DNA of 64,000 nt from Chlorokybus atmophyticus (GCA_009103225.1 RHPI01001037.1:124001-188000), one strand, 5' to 3'; shown: positions 49,870 to 64,000, counted from the first letter of the stretch. Notes: generated by a model from the sequence alone, not told the origin. Numbers and translations are program-made.

Positions 49870-50550
49870 ACTTGCAGATTGCGGACGCTTATCCTGTACA
49901 GTGCAATCTGGAATAGAAATGAGCAGCTATTATTGTTCCGTTAAGCACCTGCAGGACAAGGAGGTAGTATCACCATTCAAAGCCATACACAGGGCGTGCG
50001 TGATGCATTCTTGCTTGCTAACTGCTGACATAGTACTTCGCTGAAGACTGACAAATTGCATGCAGTCATCGAACAAGTAGTGTACAAAAGCCATGTCGTG
50101 CTGTATCGCCATGTACTGTGCATTTCAACTGACCATACTGCAGATTGGTTCACATGACTGGCTCAAAATGCCAACCACCGGTACATGGCCAACTTGGTCA
50201 GATTTTTCCAAGCTTACCAACACCGAGATTGGAGTTGTAAGGTGCAGGCGGTAGCAGCACCCAGGAGAACTGAACCAGGGTCAACAGGTGAAACCAATCA
50301 GGCCAAAATCACGTTGCGGCAGTAGCCATGGTAGCACGCATGCCGGTCACTGTCACTCAGTAACTCTGCATGGGCGCACTGCAATCTGTACCCGGGATGC
50401 TGCGCTTGAAACTGACTACCGCTGTCTGACCAATGGATGAATGCCTACCAATGCGTTCTAAAAACAGTTTCTAACAGCAACGACACTGATCACTCAAGTG
50501 CATCAGTGAATGTGCTCCTCCAATGTGGTTCTTGCGTTGTTAGCAACTGC

Positions 50551-51586
50551 TTATTGTCTCAACTGAGCTTGAATAACAGGATGCCCCCGTTCGAGCAAGT
50601 CCGCTACAGAAGCTGTCATGAGCGTCCCCATGCCACCCCAAACGAGCATATCCGGGATGTCGCGCAAGCGCCCGCCCTCAACCACCCTGTCAACACTGAA
50701 CCCTAACCTGCGGTAAAACCTTACCAAACGCGCGTGAATCTCTTCGCTGTCATCAATAGCCAGCAGCTCCGCCTTATTGCAACCGCGCTCATACCCGAAC
50801 ACGCACAATGCTAGGCCTAACAGAATGCCAGGTCCAAGGAATGACCTGCTGGCTTTGGGCAGGGAGTTGCGGTCCAGCTTCAAGTAGTCTATGTGTAGAG
50901 CCCCAAATGGCGCAACCCAAGCGGCAGCCTGTTTAAGGAAACACAGAGCAGCAGTGAGTGCCGCAGGGGATGCACCACAGCATTGCCGGAGCACAGTTGC
51001 ATTAGGCCAGAACTCAACAGCAGTGAACTTTTTGTCACAAGTGGTGGTAGTTGTTCAAGACACACAGTCAAACGCAAAAGGCTAGCCATCGCCTAAAGCA
51101 GCTGCATCAGTCAGTGCCCATTGCGCTGCGCAACGTCTACTTCCAAGCAATGGCCGAGTCATCTCATGCAGGTATATGGCAAGCAGGCACTTTTTGCTAA
51201 TCACGATCGAGTTGGGACTGTTGCGAAGTTATCAACCCCAACGAGCATGCATGTACGAAACGGGCTACAACCTTGCGCCACACACAGGTCCGCACCTTGC
51301 CGACCGGTTTGCTGTCTGGTAGGCACAGCCTGGCCTCAAAGTACGGGCCGAAAGAGGAGCACTCCAGCTTCAAAGTCCTCCTCGCCGCCGCCCTCTGCAG
51401 CTCGCTCAGGGTGACAAGCTCCGAGGCGGTGGCTGCCGCACGATCGCTTGTGCTTGCTCCAGAGCTGCCCCTTTCGCTGCAACAGCACACTTGCTGAGGC
51501 GTTCGTCGCTGTGTACGCCTACTGCGACCTCTCAGCAACGGCTCACTCGCCACAACCACCGCCGCCGCTTGCCACGTGGCCGCCAT
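50551..51586 (-). CDS. Conserved plant/cyanobacterial-type protein with a GNAT-like C-terminus and predicted plastid transit peptide
   Basis: Ala/Arg/Ser-rich N-terminus. AELLAIDDSEEIHARLVRFYRRLGF..DMLVWGGMGTLM includes the GNAT-like FYxxxGF motif. Confidence 0.7.
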
Positions 51587-51717
51587 GGACTCTCTGCGCC
51601 AACAGCTTACTCCGAGCCCTGGCCCATGAATTGAACTCCGCACAAGAACTGCACAAGAAACTTGTGCGGCAAGTGCGGGACTAACTTCCAGTTTTGGAGA
51701 CGTCGGGCGTCGCTGTA

Positions 51718-51762
51718 GCCTGGCCTGGCCTGGCCTGGCCTGGCCTGAACTGGCCTGGCCTG
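51718..51762. repeat. (TGGCC)n pentanucleotide repeat between two divergent genes
   Basis: About 8 units with two TGAAC/TGAAG variants. Confidence 0.9.
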
Positions 51763-52360
51763 AAGCTTGGGGGTGAGGTGACTATGGTCTGGCGATTGTG
51801 TTATGACAAGGGAATCCTGTCACTGCTCGTGAAACCAATAACAAGGCAGTGACTTGCAAGGTACAGCGTAGGCGGTGCTTACTGACATGGGTTGGGGCGT
51901 TGCTTGCCTCACCTACCACAATGCACCAGACCAGTTGCAACCGTGTGACAACATCGGGTTAATTGACTTTCAGTCAGTCTCAACAGCGCAACAGCTTGTT
52001 GTGCTTGGTGTGTGGGGGAACGCCGTCACACCTGTTGTCGTATCACACTGGCACTAAGCGGGTTCCAAAGTAGTCAATCAAGATCAGCAATCTACCTATT
52101 GCTTGCATTGCTATGTAAGTGGTACCTTAAAACAGCAGATAGCCAGCTTGCGCTGACAGCTGTGCAAGCAATCATCACTTTCACATGCAGTCCAAAGCTG
52201 CTTAGCTCATCAGCACTCACATCTCACCCATCTCCCTCTAACATTGCGTGCAGGCGAACGCATCAAGAAGCTGGGTTCGTGTCAAGCCCACCACAAGTCA
52301 TGTCCCTTGCCAGTTGACAAGCCATGCGTCAGCATTTGTAGTTAAGGTGTAGCAGAGCAG

Positions 52361-55300
52361 ATGAGCCTGATGGCGGTGATGGCGCCTTATGAGGATGCCT
52401 CAGGGGTGTTTCGAGCGCCTCCAATAAGACTGTCAGCGCTGAGCGGTTCCCTGAGTCACAACAGTAGTAGCATTACTAACAGTATGGTCTTAAGCACCAG
52501 TGGCAGCAGTGAACAGCTTCAGCGCACAGTTTCCGCCCTAACGCCCATAGATGAGAGTTCGGTTGATGAAGCCGTTGCCGAGGACGATGATGAGGGCACA
52601 GTTGGTGTCAGCCAGCACAACCGTCAAGCAGATACTGGACGATATGAGCCTGCTGAAGAAAACTTCAAGGTGCGTTGCGTGCATGCGTGCTGACGTGCGA
52701 GTGCGTGTGCTACATTGTATGCATGCACTTGTACACATGCGTGCATGTGCATTCGTGAATGGGTGCACGCGTGTATGTGTGTGCACATGCGCGTATGTGC
52801 GTGCTCTTGTGTGTGAGAATCTTGATGCACTTGCGTGAAAAGGTGGTGGTGAGGATTCGGCCACCATTGAAGCGTGAGCTGGAGTCGCTCTCCCGTCCCT
52901 TCCGCAGTGCACTGCAGGTGGATGCGCAATGCCGAACCATCACAATTACGGACCACTTGGACTTCCCGTCCCCCAGTGGCAACTACGAGGACGCTGTGGC
53001 CATCACTGACATCGCCTCCGAAGGGCTGATATACTCTAGGCACACGTTCAAGTAAGTGCATGAGCACAGCATGCCGAGTTTCAGTTGTGCAACTGGATGC
53101 ATGCACACACAAGTCTGTCCAACAGCTTTGACTATGCCTACGACCAGCACGTGGAAAACACCACAGTCTACAACCGCTCTGCCCGAAGCGCAGTTCTATC
53201 CACTCTACAGGTAAGCCTGTGGTCATTTCAACGGTGGTACATAGCTCTCTCAGCTTAGCTGGATGACATGACAACTGCCTTTGCAGGGTTACAATGCGAC
53301 AATACTTGCTTATGGGCAAACAGGCACGGGCAAGACTTACACAATGGAGGGCGGGTGCGCGAGTGGGGAGCCAGCGGGCATCATCCCGAGGGCATGCGAG
53401 GACATCTTCGAGTACATCCGCCGCGACTCGGAGCCCAACAGCAAGTGGCTCGTGCGTGCGGCCCATCTGCAGATATACAACGAGGTTGGTTACAGTTGAA
53501 CATTTGTCTCTGGCATCATGAGATGGTAGTTACTGATGACGGGATGGTCATCGTTGGTGTGCAGGTGATATCGGACTTGCTGAAGCCCGAGCGCACAAAC
53601 CTCCAAATACGCGAGGACAAAAAACGTGGCGTGTTTGTCGAGGGCCTCTCTGAATGGGTGGTACGTCCGACTCTTGTGACATGCACAATGACGTCAAGCA
53701 ACCCCTCAGATGCCTTGCATTTATAACACAGGTGCGCTCTCCAGAGGAGATTGCGGGCTTAATGGAGAGGGGAGCTGCGCAGAGGGCCACAGCCACAACT
53801 CGTTTGAACGAGATGTCTAGCCGTAGGTGAGCAGAAGCAGCACGCAACAACAACACAAGCAACATGCTATTGCTGCATTATTGACTCAACTTCAATGCTC
53901 TGCAGCCACGCCATCTTCATTATCATTGTGGAGAACTCCACTGTGCATGGTGACGAAAGCGCCGGCTCGCGCCAAAGCTTCAGAGTAAGGCACTGTAGTG
54001 TTCATGGTAGTGGGACGTATGGATACCAACTTTGTTTTGGTGCGTGACTGTACACAGGTAGGAAAGCTCAACCTTGTTGACCTGGCGGGTTCCGAGCGCG
54101 TGCGGCTCAGCGGCGCATCTGGCCGCAGGCTGGAAGAGAGCAAGAAGGTAGGCTACTGTGCTGCCATGCTAGCAATTGCTGTGAAATGGTTGCTGGTATG
54201 CTAGCCAGTCAGCTACATTCATGAAACAATGCTGCCAACCAGGACCCTCACAACGGCAATGCTTTTTGCACGTGTCCAAGCAACAAGTCCATGTTGTCGC
54301 CTGTGCCTGTGCCTGTGCCTGTGTGTCATGCGCGAGTGTCAGCTCTCATAGATTGTTGAGCACACCGCTTCTTTCTGTGTAGTTGGACAAGCGGTTGGTT
54401 AGCAGCCTGCTAAAACAGGAGTTCGTCACTCTGCACTCCCTACCAACTGACCACAAATGTTGTCACGCAGATCAACCAGTCCTTGTCGGCGCTTGGTAAT
54501 GTGATTGCCGCGCTTACGGAGGGTAGGGCAGGAGTAGGGGGCAAAGGCCCGCATGTGCCCTATCGCGACTCCAAACTCACCCGCATTTTAGAAGACTCGC
54601 TTGGCGGCAACTGCAGGTATGCATCATATGCTGCAGTTGTAGGTGCGGTGCAATGTGACACACTACGCTTGGTGTGACAATAGCAAAACACGCAAGTACG
54701 CATCCTGTGATACACTCAGCACAGTGTGTAACAAGGCACTGACCTACCCACTGTCCACAGGACGACGATGGTGGCAACCATTGCGCCGGGTTCTGATTGT
54801 CTTCTGGAATCTTTGTCAACGCTCAAGTTTGCAGCGCGCGCAAAGCGTGTCCGCAACGCCGCCCACATCAACGAGGACGTAGACCAGAAGACTCTCCTCA
54901 GGAAGTACGAGCGCGAGCTCAAGCGCCTTCGCGCCGAACTTGAACAGGTATCCAGGGTCATAAACACGGGCTTGCTGCTGTATTGGAAGGTGATGCAGCA
55001 TCATGGTTGCTGATGTGTGTGGATTGCAGAAAAGCCGCAATGTCGTGGACAAGCGCCGCTTGCTTGAGCTTGAAGAACAACGCAGGCGTGCAGAGGCTGA
55101 TAAACTAGCTGCCATCACTGCACTTGAAGCTCGCAGCAGGTGAAGTACTGTGTTCCAATGCTACAATGCCAGCCTTGTTGATGTTGTTTCGCGGCTCGTG
55201 CTGCGTGTTGGCAATGCTCATCACACAACTCCTTCGCGATACATGCTTGCAGGGAGTTCATGCGCGAGAAGGCCGAGAAGCGCAAGCTTGAAGAGCGCAT

Positions 55301-57449
55301 TGTCTCTATGCAAGTAAGCGTCATCGCCATGCAGTTGCCAGTACTGGCTAAGCCTGCAATGCTGATGCGGATAGACTGCGTGGTGTTCTGGTTGCTGAAG
55401 AAATGCCCAGTAGTCTGTTGATGCATATCTGCCGTCGCTTTGCTCAGAGCCAACTGCTTGTGGGCGGAGAACCTGCCTCCTTGAAGATGCGGAGGGAGTA
55501 TGAGGCTCGGCTTGCAGAACTTGAAAGAGAACGCCAAGCAGTGGACCAGGACAAAGCGCAGGTAATTGCAACCTTCCTTTGTCATCAACCATTGCAGTAT
55601 ACACTCCAGTGGTATCGGTTGCATGGTCATTTTGGCTGGTGTTGTTTACACGACACCGCATTGGAGTGCAGGTAGATCGATATAAGCAACTGCTGCTCAA
55701 GCAGCGCGACATCATGATGCAGCTGACGGAACGGCTCAACGAAAGGGACGAGCAAATCATCGTGCTACAGGTGCTGAAGTGTACCAACAACTGTTTGCAG
55801 CACAAGGTCTTGGTAGTGCAATCTGTTGCTGACACGGCATCTCCAGGAGGAGATGGAGGCTTCAGAGCGCCACAGGCGCAAGCTGGAAGATCGCCTGGAC
55901 ATGAAGACCGCCGAGCTCATCGCTGCGCGCAAAGCTCTCGCCGCCACCACCACCCACAATAACGACCCCAACAGCAGCACTGACCCTGCCACCACGAGTG
56001 ACACACCCAAATCCGGGTATGAAACTGTGCTTGCACAGCAGTCTTTTGTTGACGTGTACGTGATACCATTGTAGTCACTCTGATGGTAAGCTCACCCTGG
56101 GATTGCATGGCTGACAGTACTGATTCGCCTTTTTCGGACGGCCGTGAATATGCTCACGGCAATGCATCAACAAGTGATGGGCCGATGTTCAGCAGCACAG
56201 CCTGGCTGCGTAGGTACAACAACAAGACTTGTCATAGTCAAACGTGTGGATGCGTGGGTTGCAACTCGGTTTATTGCATCATCAACACCATTGTGTCATC
56301 AATGTCATCGCAGGTATCAAGTCGGGGAGAACGGGTCCCCGCGATCGGTGTCAGGGGACTCTCTTGACGGCAACACTGGTGACGTGCGGGAGGCAGAGGT
56401 GTCGCTTCTGCAGAGCCGCGTACGGCAGCTGAAGATGCAGCTGAGGGAACTGGTGGAGTCCTCCACTTCAAGGCAAAAAGAGGTGAGTAACAATGCTGCC
56501 AGACTCATCGGGCATGATGACTCGCTTGGCATGATGTGTTATCTTGCATTGCATTGCATTGCAGGCTGATGATGGTGAAGATGCGCCCGTGGCTAGCACG
56601 AGTAGCACCGGTGTTGGTGATCAGATGGGAGAGTTGCAAGTGACAAAGGCACTCGAAGACAGGGTTCACCAATTGCTTGACGAGGTAACAACAACTGTTT
56701 GACCTGCTGCTGATTAGGTGGCCACTTGTATATATACTGGAGCAGTTTTTACAAAGACACTGACTGTTCTTGTGCACTTACCAGCATGAAACATTCAAAA
56801 GGCGCGTAGCGGATGAGCTGGCAGAAAAGAACCGGTTGTTGGAAGCGTTGGAGGTGGAGAATAAGCAGCTGGCGGCTGCTAAACCGGTATTGGTGGTGTT
56901 CTTGCCTGCCGCATTGTGTGACATCCTGTGTTGCACTGCTAGTACTATACTTACTTGGACTCCATTCGCAGCACGAGTTGGATGCGCTTAAGCAACAGGT
57001 CGTCAACCATTCAAAGGTACGTGTTATAGAACAAAGTCTTGGTGCGTGTGTGATTATGTGCTATTGTTAATATGTGTATCTTGTTTTTGTGCAGGAGCGA
57101 GCAGCATTGCGCACCATCCTTGAGGTTAAAGTGAAGTCGCTCGTGGATAGTATTGGCCAGTCCCTAGAGGGAGTGTCCCCAAGCGCACGCCACAATCCCC
57201 GACTAGCTAAAGAGGTGAGCTAGTTGCAAGTGTATGCATCATAAGTTCACATTGTGTGCCTGGACGCGCGTTTGTTGCCCAGGACTAGATGCGGTATGTG
57301 TAATGTGCCAAGCATGCAAACAAAATAAAGTAGTCATTCTGTGTTTTCAGGTCAAGTCGCTGGATCGGCTTGTTGCAGCTACCGTCAATGCGATGCGAGC
57401 ATCTGATGAAAGCGTGGCAGACGGTATTGACGCTGGGACGCACAGCTAG
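52361..57449 (+). CDS. N-terminal-motor kinesin with coiled-coil tail, many exons
   Basis: [30 protein letters not shown] (P-loop), LQIYNE, NEMSSRSH (switch I), LVDLAGSER (switch II), [20 protein letters not shown]. Neck [17 protein letters not shown]. Confidence 0.96.
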
Positions 57450-58487
57450 CTATGGTCACATTCACCAGTTGTTTGCTTTTATCATCCCTTACAAGTCCCG
57501 CTAGCCTAGTCATGGACATTATATTGGAAGTGTGGAAGTATGAAATTATACAAGCAGCTGTGTCTCTCGTCCTCGCTTATATTAGCGTTGCCCCTTATGA
57601 TACTACAAGTATGCATTCAGGTTGAGTAGGGCAGGTTGCCATGAACCCTGGCATCTGCCATCATCGCGCTACCCTAGAGTAGCAAGTGATATGAGCAGGG
57701 TGGGTGTCATGCAGTTGGGAGACTGGACTGTATGCCTTGCTGTTGCTCACCTATGACTGGCTCGTGGACTGCTCTGACCTATAATAATCTTGTGATGTAT
57801 CAGTCGATGTTACTAGTGTAGTTACCCCCCAGTTACCCAGCACTCACAATGTTCTGTGTTATTCCGTACAACACATAACAGTGACTCGACAATTGTTGGC
57901 TTTTGTACCAACCACTAGTAGGATATCAAGTGTTGTTGCGAAGTGTGTTCGCATGAGACACTTGCCGTTAATGAGCTGTCGTGCTATGCAAAAACAACAC
58001 TTCAGCTATTGCAACAATCTCTATTCCCCCACCCCGCCTTCTTTGGTTGCCAAAATATTGTCCGGTGGCTTGATGCGCCCAATTTCGAATAAGAAAGTTT
58101 TCTTCAAATTGAAGTTTGATGTAACATAGTGTCGTTACATGAGCGCACATCAATATCAAGACAGACAGACAGACGCATTGTTACAAATATTGTTGTGTTC
58201 CATGTCACCGCAATGATATGATGAAGGCTTCATAACATGATTTTAGCAAATCACCATCTTCAAGTACACACAACCATGAGTAATATTGATAAATAATACT
58301 ACCCATTATGCTCGACATATGACCACCATCACTTGCACAAGTAGTACTTGTGTGCACAATATGTCAAGACCTTTGAATCGTTCTCATGTGCAAGCTATTA
58401 TCGCTGAGTAGTTTCTTTAACGCATGCGTTTACTGTATCAGTATAATGTCACTTGTGTACAAGCCAAACCCATATGAAAGCCCCCAG

Positions 58488-58489
<2 letters not shown>

Positions 58490-58531
<42 letters not shown>
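58490..58531. repeat. (CT)n microsatellite
   Basis: Direct reading. Confidence 0.95.
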
Positions 58532-58533
<2 letters not shown>

Positions 58534-59305
58534 TATATATTTGCCTATGTATATTGCCTTATGAGCATACACATATCAATCGCAATGTCAAGAAAAGCCG
58601 CGCGGTAATTTAGTTAACTTTGTCTTCCATGCCAAATTCGTAGATGATGTTTTGTTATGCGCGTTTTATCCAAGTGCATATTAAATCAAAAGTCGCTTAT
58701 CTCAATGTACATTTGTGCATTATGACTGTGTCTGCGTGACAATTGTTTACATATGCACATCCATGGCACTACAATACCACTTTTTGTTTTTCGTGGCTGT
58801 ACGGTAGTTGATCAAGCATGGCACAATATACCACGTGTAGTCGTGACAACATTGCACCTTTCTCAATAGCACACGTTTTACAAACAATGCGAAACGGAAA
58901 TGTGTGCCTTGAATTTTTTCCCCATTAGCAAAAGCTCGTGCGCTTGCGCCACGACGCAGCACGTGACCCCCGATTGCCGCTTGGACCTACCGCGGCGAGC
59001 GCCACGTGGCCGCGGTGCAACAGACAGCCAGACGGCGGCGGCGGCGGCAGAGGCTTGACACGCCAACCTTAAAACGTGTGGCGGCTGCATACTGCTACAA
59101 ACGCCATGAAGAAGTGCGCGTCTGTGTGCGAATGGGTGTGCGTGTGTACGAAGAATGCAATGTGCGTGTGCACGTGCGTGCATTGGTGCCTGTATCAAAT
59201 CGGAAAGTATGATGACATTTGTTGCGCTGATGTATCTTATAGCGTGTGTTAACAAGTCAGCAGCATTAATCAGCACCAATCCCCGCTAGGTCGCTGGCAT
59301 CAGCA

Positions 59306-60961
59306 ATGTCATCTTCTCCAGCAATGACGTCCTCGGCGTATGCGCTAGCGTCGGACGCGGCCAGCATGGAGTTTCGGCTTCTGAAGCTGCGGGAGGCCAT
59401 GGAGGAGGAACGACGCAAACGCAACGAACTGCTCATGTGCGTGCCCGTTATCGCATACTCACACAACACAGCACACGTGCATACGCACACGCACGCATGC
59501 CTATACAGCGCAACAGCAGTGTCTGTTGAAACACTTTATAAGTATTTCTGTTAGTTGCACAAACCATCTTTAACAGAGAATTTTGGAAATTGTGTACAGT
59601 GATAAGGGCTGGCAGTTGTGTGTGACATTGTCCTTGTCGGTCCTTGTCAGGTCCAAAGGCTCTATCTGGCAGAGTAGTCAGGTACGCAAAGAGGAGGACT
59701 CATATCTGCATGACAGCCCCTGCGAGTGTGCTCACACAACACACCGACTTCAGCACAAACAGGAATGAAAACATGCAGAGCGCCATTCCTTGCAGCATCA
59801 CTTCATGCACTTGCTTACATGCAGAGCGGCCTCTCAAGCAGCAGACGCGGTGCTGGCATCAGCAGCAGCAAATCGAGCACAATCAACCAACGCAGGGACA
59901 ACACCTCTTCATCAAAAACAATAGGCAAGCAACAACAGGCAGTTGCTGAGCTGACAACATGCCACATTCACAACAGCCGTCATCACGCACATTGGTTAAC
60001 CTACTCTTGCAATACCTTGACTCTGTGATTGTGCACAGCGGGAAGCAATGGCGCGGTTGTGGACATGCACTTTAGGCCGCCTGCAACTAAGTCTCCAAAC
60101 ATACAGCTAGAGCAGCGGAAGACAAATGCTGTCAACAGCAACGCCGATGCCAGTGCGGACGTGCATGGCAATGGCAAAGCGCATGCTAACGGGATCGTTG
60201 AGGGCAATTTTGATGAGGATGCGAGCCACAACTCTTTCCTCGCCGCCCTGATGGAGTGGAGGGGGGGAGGAGGCTCTGCGGGGCCCTCACTCTCCGCAGA
60301 GCCCATTTCTGGTAATAGTGGTAATGCACGTATACCATGTGCACAGAGACTGTACTGGCGTTGTGGTTGTGGCAGGAAGCCAAAGCAGGAGGACAAGTGG
60401 GGCTGCTGCTACTGAACAGAACAACTTTGTGAACAACAGCTGCAACGAGGTGCAGACCGAACGGCTCGAGATGCAGAGGACGCCCGTCGAAGAGTTGTTC
60501 CCTACAACAACAAAGCGACGACTGTCCTACTTTGACAAGGTGCGGCTGTTGGAGCTGAAGCGTTGGGCAGAGACAGAGGAACAGACACCTGCGTTGCTTG
60601 TTTGCCTTTTCGCGCTTATGTCTTGCCTCCCCCGCAGCTGTTAAGCAGGCGTCCGCCAAGAGAAAGCAGCCATATGGGGGACATATCTGACCACGCTGTT
60701 CAGAACGATGAGCAAGATGAGCAAGTTGAGCTACGTGGCAATGAGGGCGGGCCAGCACATAGCACTCCGGAAAAGACGGCAGCCGCTTTGAGTGCAATGA
60801 CAGCCAGTTTAGATGCCCCGTTGCACAATGATGCGAGGGCTTCTGAGGCTCTGAGTGCTAAGCAGAGCCTGATTCCCATGGTAATCGCGCCCAAGCCCAA
60901 TTATGTCAGGAGCGAAAATTTGCCCTTAGCAGAGGTCCTGTCCTCACAGATCTTGCGGTGA
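59306..60961 (+). CDS. ZBBX-like (cilia-associated) protein, multi-exon; ends uncertain
   Basis: N-terminal coiled coil MEFRLLKLREAMEEERRKR. Motif FDEDASHNSFLAALMEWR resembles, from memory, the conserved ZBBX F.EEES..SF..AL..WR block. Also LSYFDK. No B-box cysteines seen. Confidence 0.55.
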
Positions 60962-61719
60962 TTTTCAGCTGGCACTTACCAGATTAACGAGGCTTTCTTG
61001 GGTTCTGCCTTGTACCTGCCAATGTTGTATGCGCTTTTGCAGACCATGCTATTGGTTGAATGATTGTCGTGAAAACATGCCTCAATTAGGCATGCAATGC
61101 ATAGCCATGCCCAATCACCGCATGCACGAAATCCCCACTGCTCTATATTACACACAACCTTGCTTCTTTGAGACACTGCGCCACTGCTGTTGTGTCTGCC
61201 AACCCCTGCCACACTATTTCAACCAAATGCTGCCACTCGCTCCAACAAAGTACGACAAAAACACAAGTGTTTTCAAACACACATGAGGCGAGTATGTCAC
61301 AGACGGAGACTCCTATGAACAGACAACAACCAAGCTCTGGCGACACATAACCGAAGTCAGCATGCAAAGTGCATGACAACCACACTGCTATGAAGCGCAG
61401 TAAATGAACATGAGGAGAACGCGGGACCCAAAGCATCGCTGCACATGTAGTGGTCAGAATAAGGACGGGTTCTGTCCAGCAAGGGCGCCACCATCACAGA
61501 GCGGCATGCCAAGCTGCTGGATACTGCTGATTATCATCATTCCACTAACAACGCAGGTGACACATCTAGAAGCACGTCTTATTTCAACGCACATATACAC
61601 ACTAATGCACAACCGCAACAGACCACACTGCGGCCTGTGGCACGCTGTCACTACGTTGCTGTACACGCTGGCTTTGCACCACAATGAGATTAATGTCTAC
61701 TACCTACCGCTGCACCCAC

Positions 61720-62991
61720 CTATGCTGAAACTTTCCTGCGCCCCTTCATTCTGCGTCGCAGTATAACACGCCGACCACCTACAGTTGTTGACCTGACAAA
61801 CAGAACTGTTGTTACCAACAGCCATCAAGCAGCGCAAAGCCTGCCAGCCTGCGGTAATCCTGGCACACAATGTAATTATACCTGGCACGAAAGCCATGCC
61901 GTCTCTTCCTCACGAGTGTGCTCGGTTGATATGTGCGTTTGATGGCATAGATTGCCCTGCAAGCTCTGAACTTCAGCGCAGGCGAAGCAAACATGCAACT
62001 GTGATATCAGCAGGATAGGGTCGACATTACCTTGGTAGGTGTGCATACGGTATGTCAATCTCCATGGACACATTGCTAGAGTCTGATACTGCAGTTCAAG
62101 ATTGGATGTCAGCACCGCAAACACAGCACGAACTCAATCCAAGACTTCATGAAGACTTGGTTGCAGCGCACGCAACTGCGATCAACAGTGGCCACACCCC
62201 CGACTCAACAATGTGGCCTTGTATAGTCAGGAACAGAAAACAAAGCATAACGAAGAGAGAAAAGCCATGTGACGTGGCACGACTGGCAAAGACCAACACT
62301 TACTAATCTGCCAGAAGTTGTTAGGGTCGGGCAAATTGACAGCCATGTGGCTGACGACAGTCAGCGCATCGTCTTCACCAGTCACCCTCCCAGAATCCTA
62401 CCAACACACTTTGATCGTATCCTGGCATCCCATTTGCGCCCAAACAACGGTTTGTTGTTGCTCGTTGGCTTGTATTTGAGCTTGGGTTCTTACCTGTGGC
62501 GGCCTCGGTGGAAATGGGTCCTGAAACGCGTTTACAATCGGCGAATACAGCACGCCTTGCGAGTGCAACACGGACTCTGTCAGGAAAGTGGCGTCATAAT
62601 TGCTGAAGGAGCTGCCGGCTTCCTGCTTCGGAAACCAAGCGTTCGTATCACAGCCTCGGTACCCAGCTAAACTCAACGACACAGCTGTTAACCGAGCAAC
62701 ACGTGCAGCAACACCCAGCTCACAGACAAGATCACACAGCAAAAGCCCACTCCATCGCAACTGTTCACAGCTCTAGCACAAGAAAGCAGCGCAATGCACG
62801 CAGCCACAAGCATGTACCGGGACACCACTGGAAGACTCTGTGGCCAGCCCGCAGCATCCAGCAAATTGGCTGCCCGGTGCTGAAGCACCAACACCTCCTC
62901 TGTAGCCACGCGCTGCTGTGGAAGCAGGCAAGCGGCCGGCGAAGCGTCCAGCGACACGACCCGCCAACGCCGCCGCCGCCGCTCGCAGCAT
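61720..62991 (-). CDS. MRPL34: Mitochondrial ribosomal protein bL34m, multi-exon
   Basis: Spliced C-terminus KRTYQPSTLVRKRRHGFRAR|STTVGGRRVILRRRMKGRRKVSA*. Arg/Ala-rich presequence MLRAAAAALAGRVAGRFAGRLP at 62991. Confidence 0.9.
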
Positions 62992-64000
62992 CTTCACCAC
63001 GTGGCACAAACCACCATGCCCACCATTCAGAAGCTCAAAGGTTAGGGTTTTGGCCCAGTCATACGCCGACAACGTCTGCGCACAGCGTCGGCTCCCAGGG
63101 TGTGCGCATGCGTTGGATTGGTATGTGACTGCGTCGACTGCCCCGCAGACGGTGACGGCTGACCCTGGCGCCAAGTTCTCACTCAGAGCTCAACTGCGCC
63201 TACACCACAGCAGTCAGCGGTGGCGGTGGTGGTGGCGGCGGAGAAGGTGGCGGAGAAGGGCGACAACGACGACGGCGACGCAAACAAGACGCGCGAAGCT
63301 AGGTTGGCGCTGAGACTGGAGGAGAAGTCGTGCTGAGTGGACCGCAGCGCTGAGGTAAGCTTGGTTGTGGTATGTGCTCCCGACGACAGCATGGTGACCG
63401 ATGCGGCATATACTGTCCAGCCCTCTTGTGTAGCGGGCGGTAGCCCACTGCTCCAGCTCGAAGAGGCTGGAGCAGTGGGCTACCGCCCGCTACACTTGTG
63501 TGTCAAGTTCACGACTGCATTGATTGCTGTTATGGTCACAGCGTGGGTGTAGCGCGCTTGCCTGCGTTGTCAGTCGGTATGAAGTCTGACTGGAACCCCT
63601 GTCTTGTGAATCGAACGCAAGTGATACGACTTTTGGATGAGGAAGTTGGTGACTTTTCATTGTTTTGCTGACTGAGGTGGCGTGCTTGACGAGGGGCCGC
63701 TGGCCTGACAGGGGCTCAAGCGTTGCTTGTTCTGTTCATCTGATTGCGGGTGCACATGACCAATAGCAGGTGGCGTTGAAGATGGAGTACGGCTTCCTGG
63801 GTGTCTGAAGCAGAGCGTTTTCCATCAAAGACGCTCGCGTGTCATGGACAGCGTACGCACCAGCTGCTCTTCTGCGACATGTCATCAACATGGGTTGCAT
63901 AAGCATGTGCTCAGCCATACTCACAACAAGGCAACCTCAAAGCAGAATGCTGATCTCTGTAGACTTAGTTGGGATTCTCCACAAGGAGCTCTTTCAGCAA

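Noticed and set aside
63183-64000. Additional gene at the window end
   Set aside because: Splice-like signals are present but no consistent frame or recognisable motif could be assembled within the window.

Overview
Intron-rich eukaryotic genomic DNA with two assembly gaps, at 35412-35614 and 36460-37053. The gene set points to a flagellate green alga, possibly an early-diverging streptophyte: a SUT sucrose transporter, plastid-type proteins, and cilia-associated kinesin and ZBBX-like genes. This assignment is inference only. Bases 1-17316 are a nested pile of decayed transposons: a Ty3/Gypsy pol with the order protease - C5 cytosine methyltransferase - RT, two ~595-bp LTR-like copies, a cluster of ~530-bp TRIMs, a hAT-like remnant and a gag-protease remnant. 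Bases 17360-32000 hold host genes (SUT, PRP5/DDX46 helicase, cupin, coiled-coil protein). Bases 32100-36403 are a pogo/Fot1-like transposon with intact TIRs and TA duplications, into which a second TRIM family has inserted. Bases 41300-63000 hold host genes (F-box, thiamine-pyrophosphate carrier, SDR, GNAT-like, kinesin, ZBBX-like, mitochondrial L34). The most unusual observation concerns the two TRIM families, whose LTR sequences differ but whose layout is the same. Each has a tRNA-type Pol III promoter split across the 5' LTR/PBS junction (A box in U5, B box just after the PBS). Each also has an LTR hairpin with a T4 tract at the predicted start and stop point, and the least decayed copies have T4-free internal regions. 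This suggests miniature LTR retroelements transcribed by Pol III. All gene models were read by eye and boundaries are approximate where stated.
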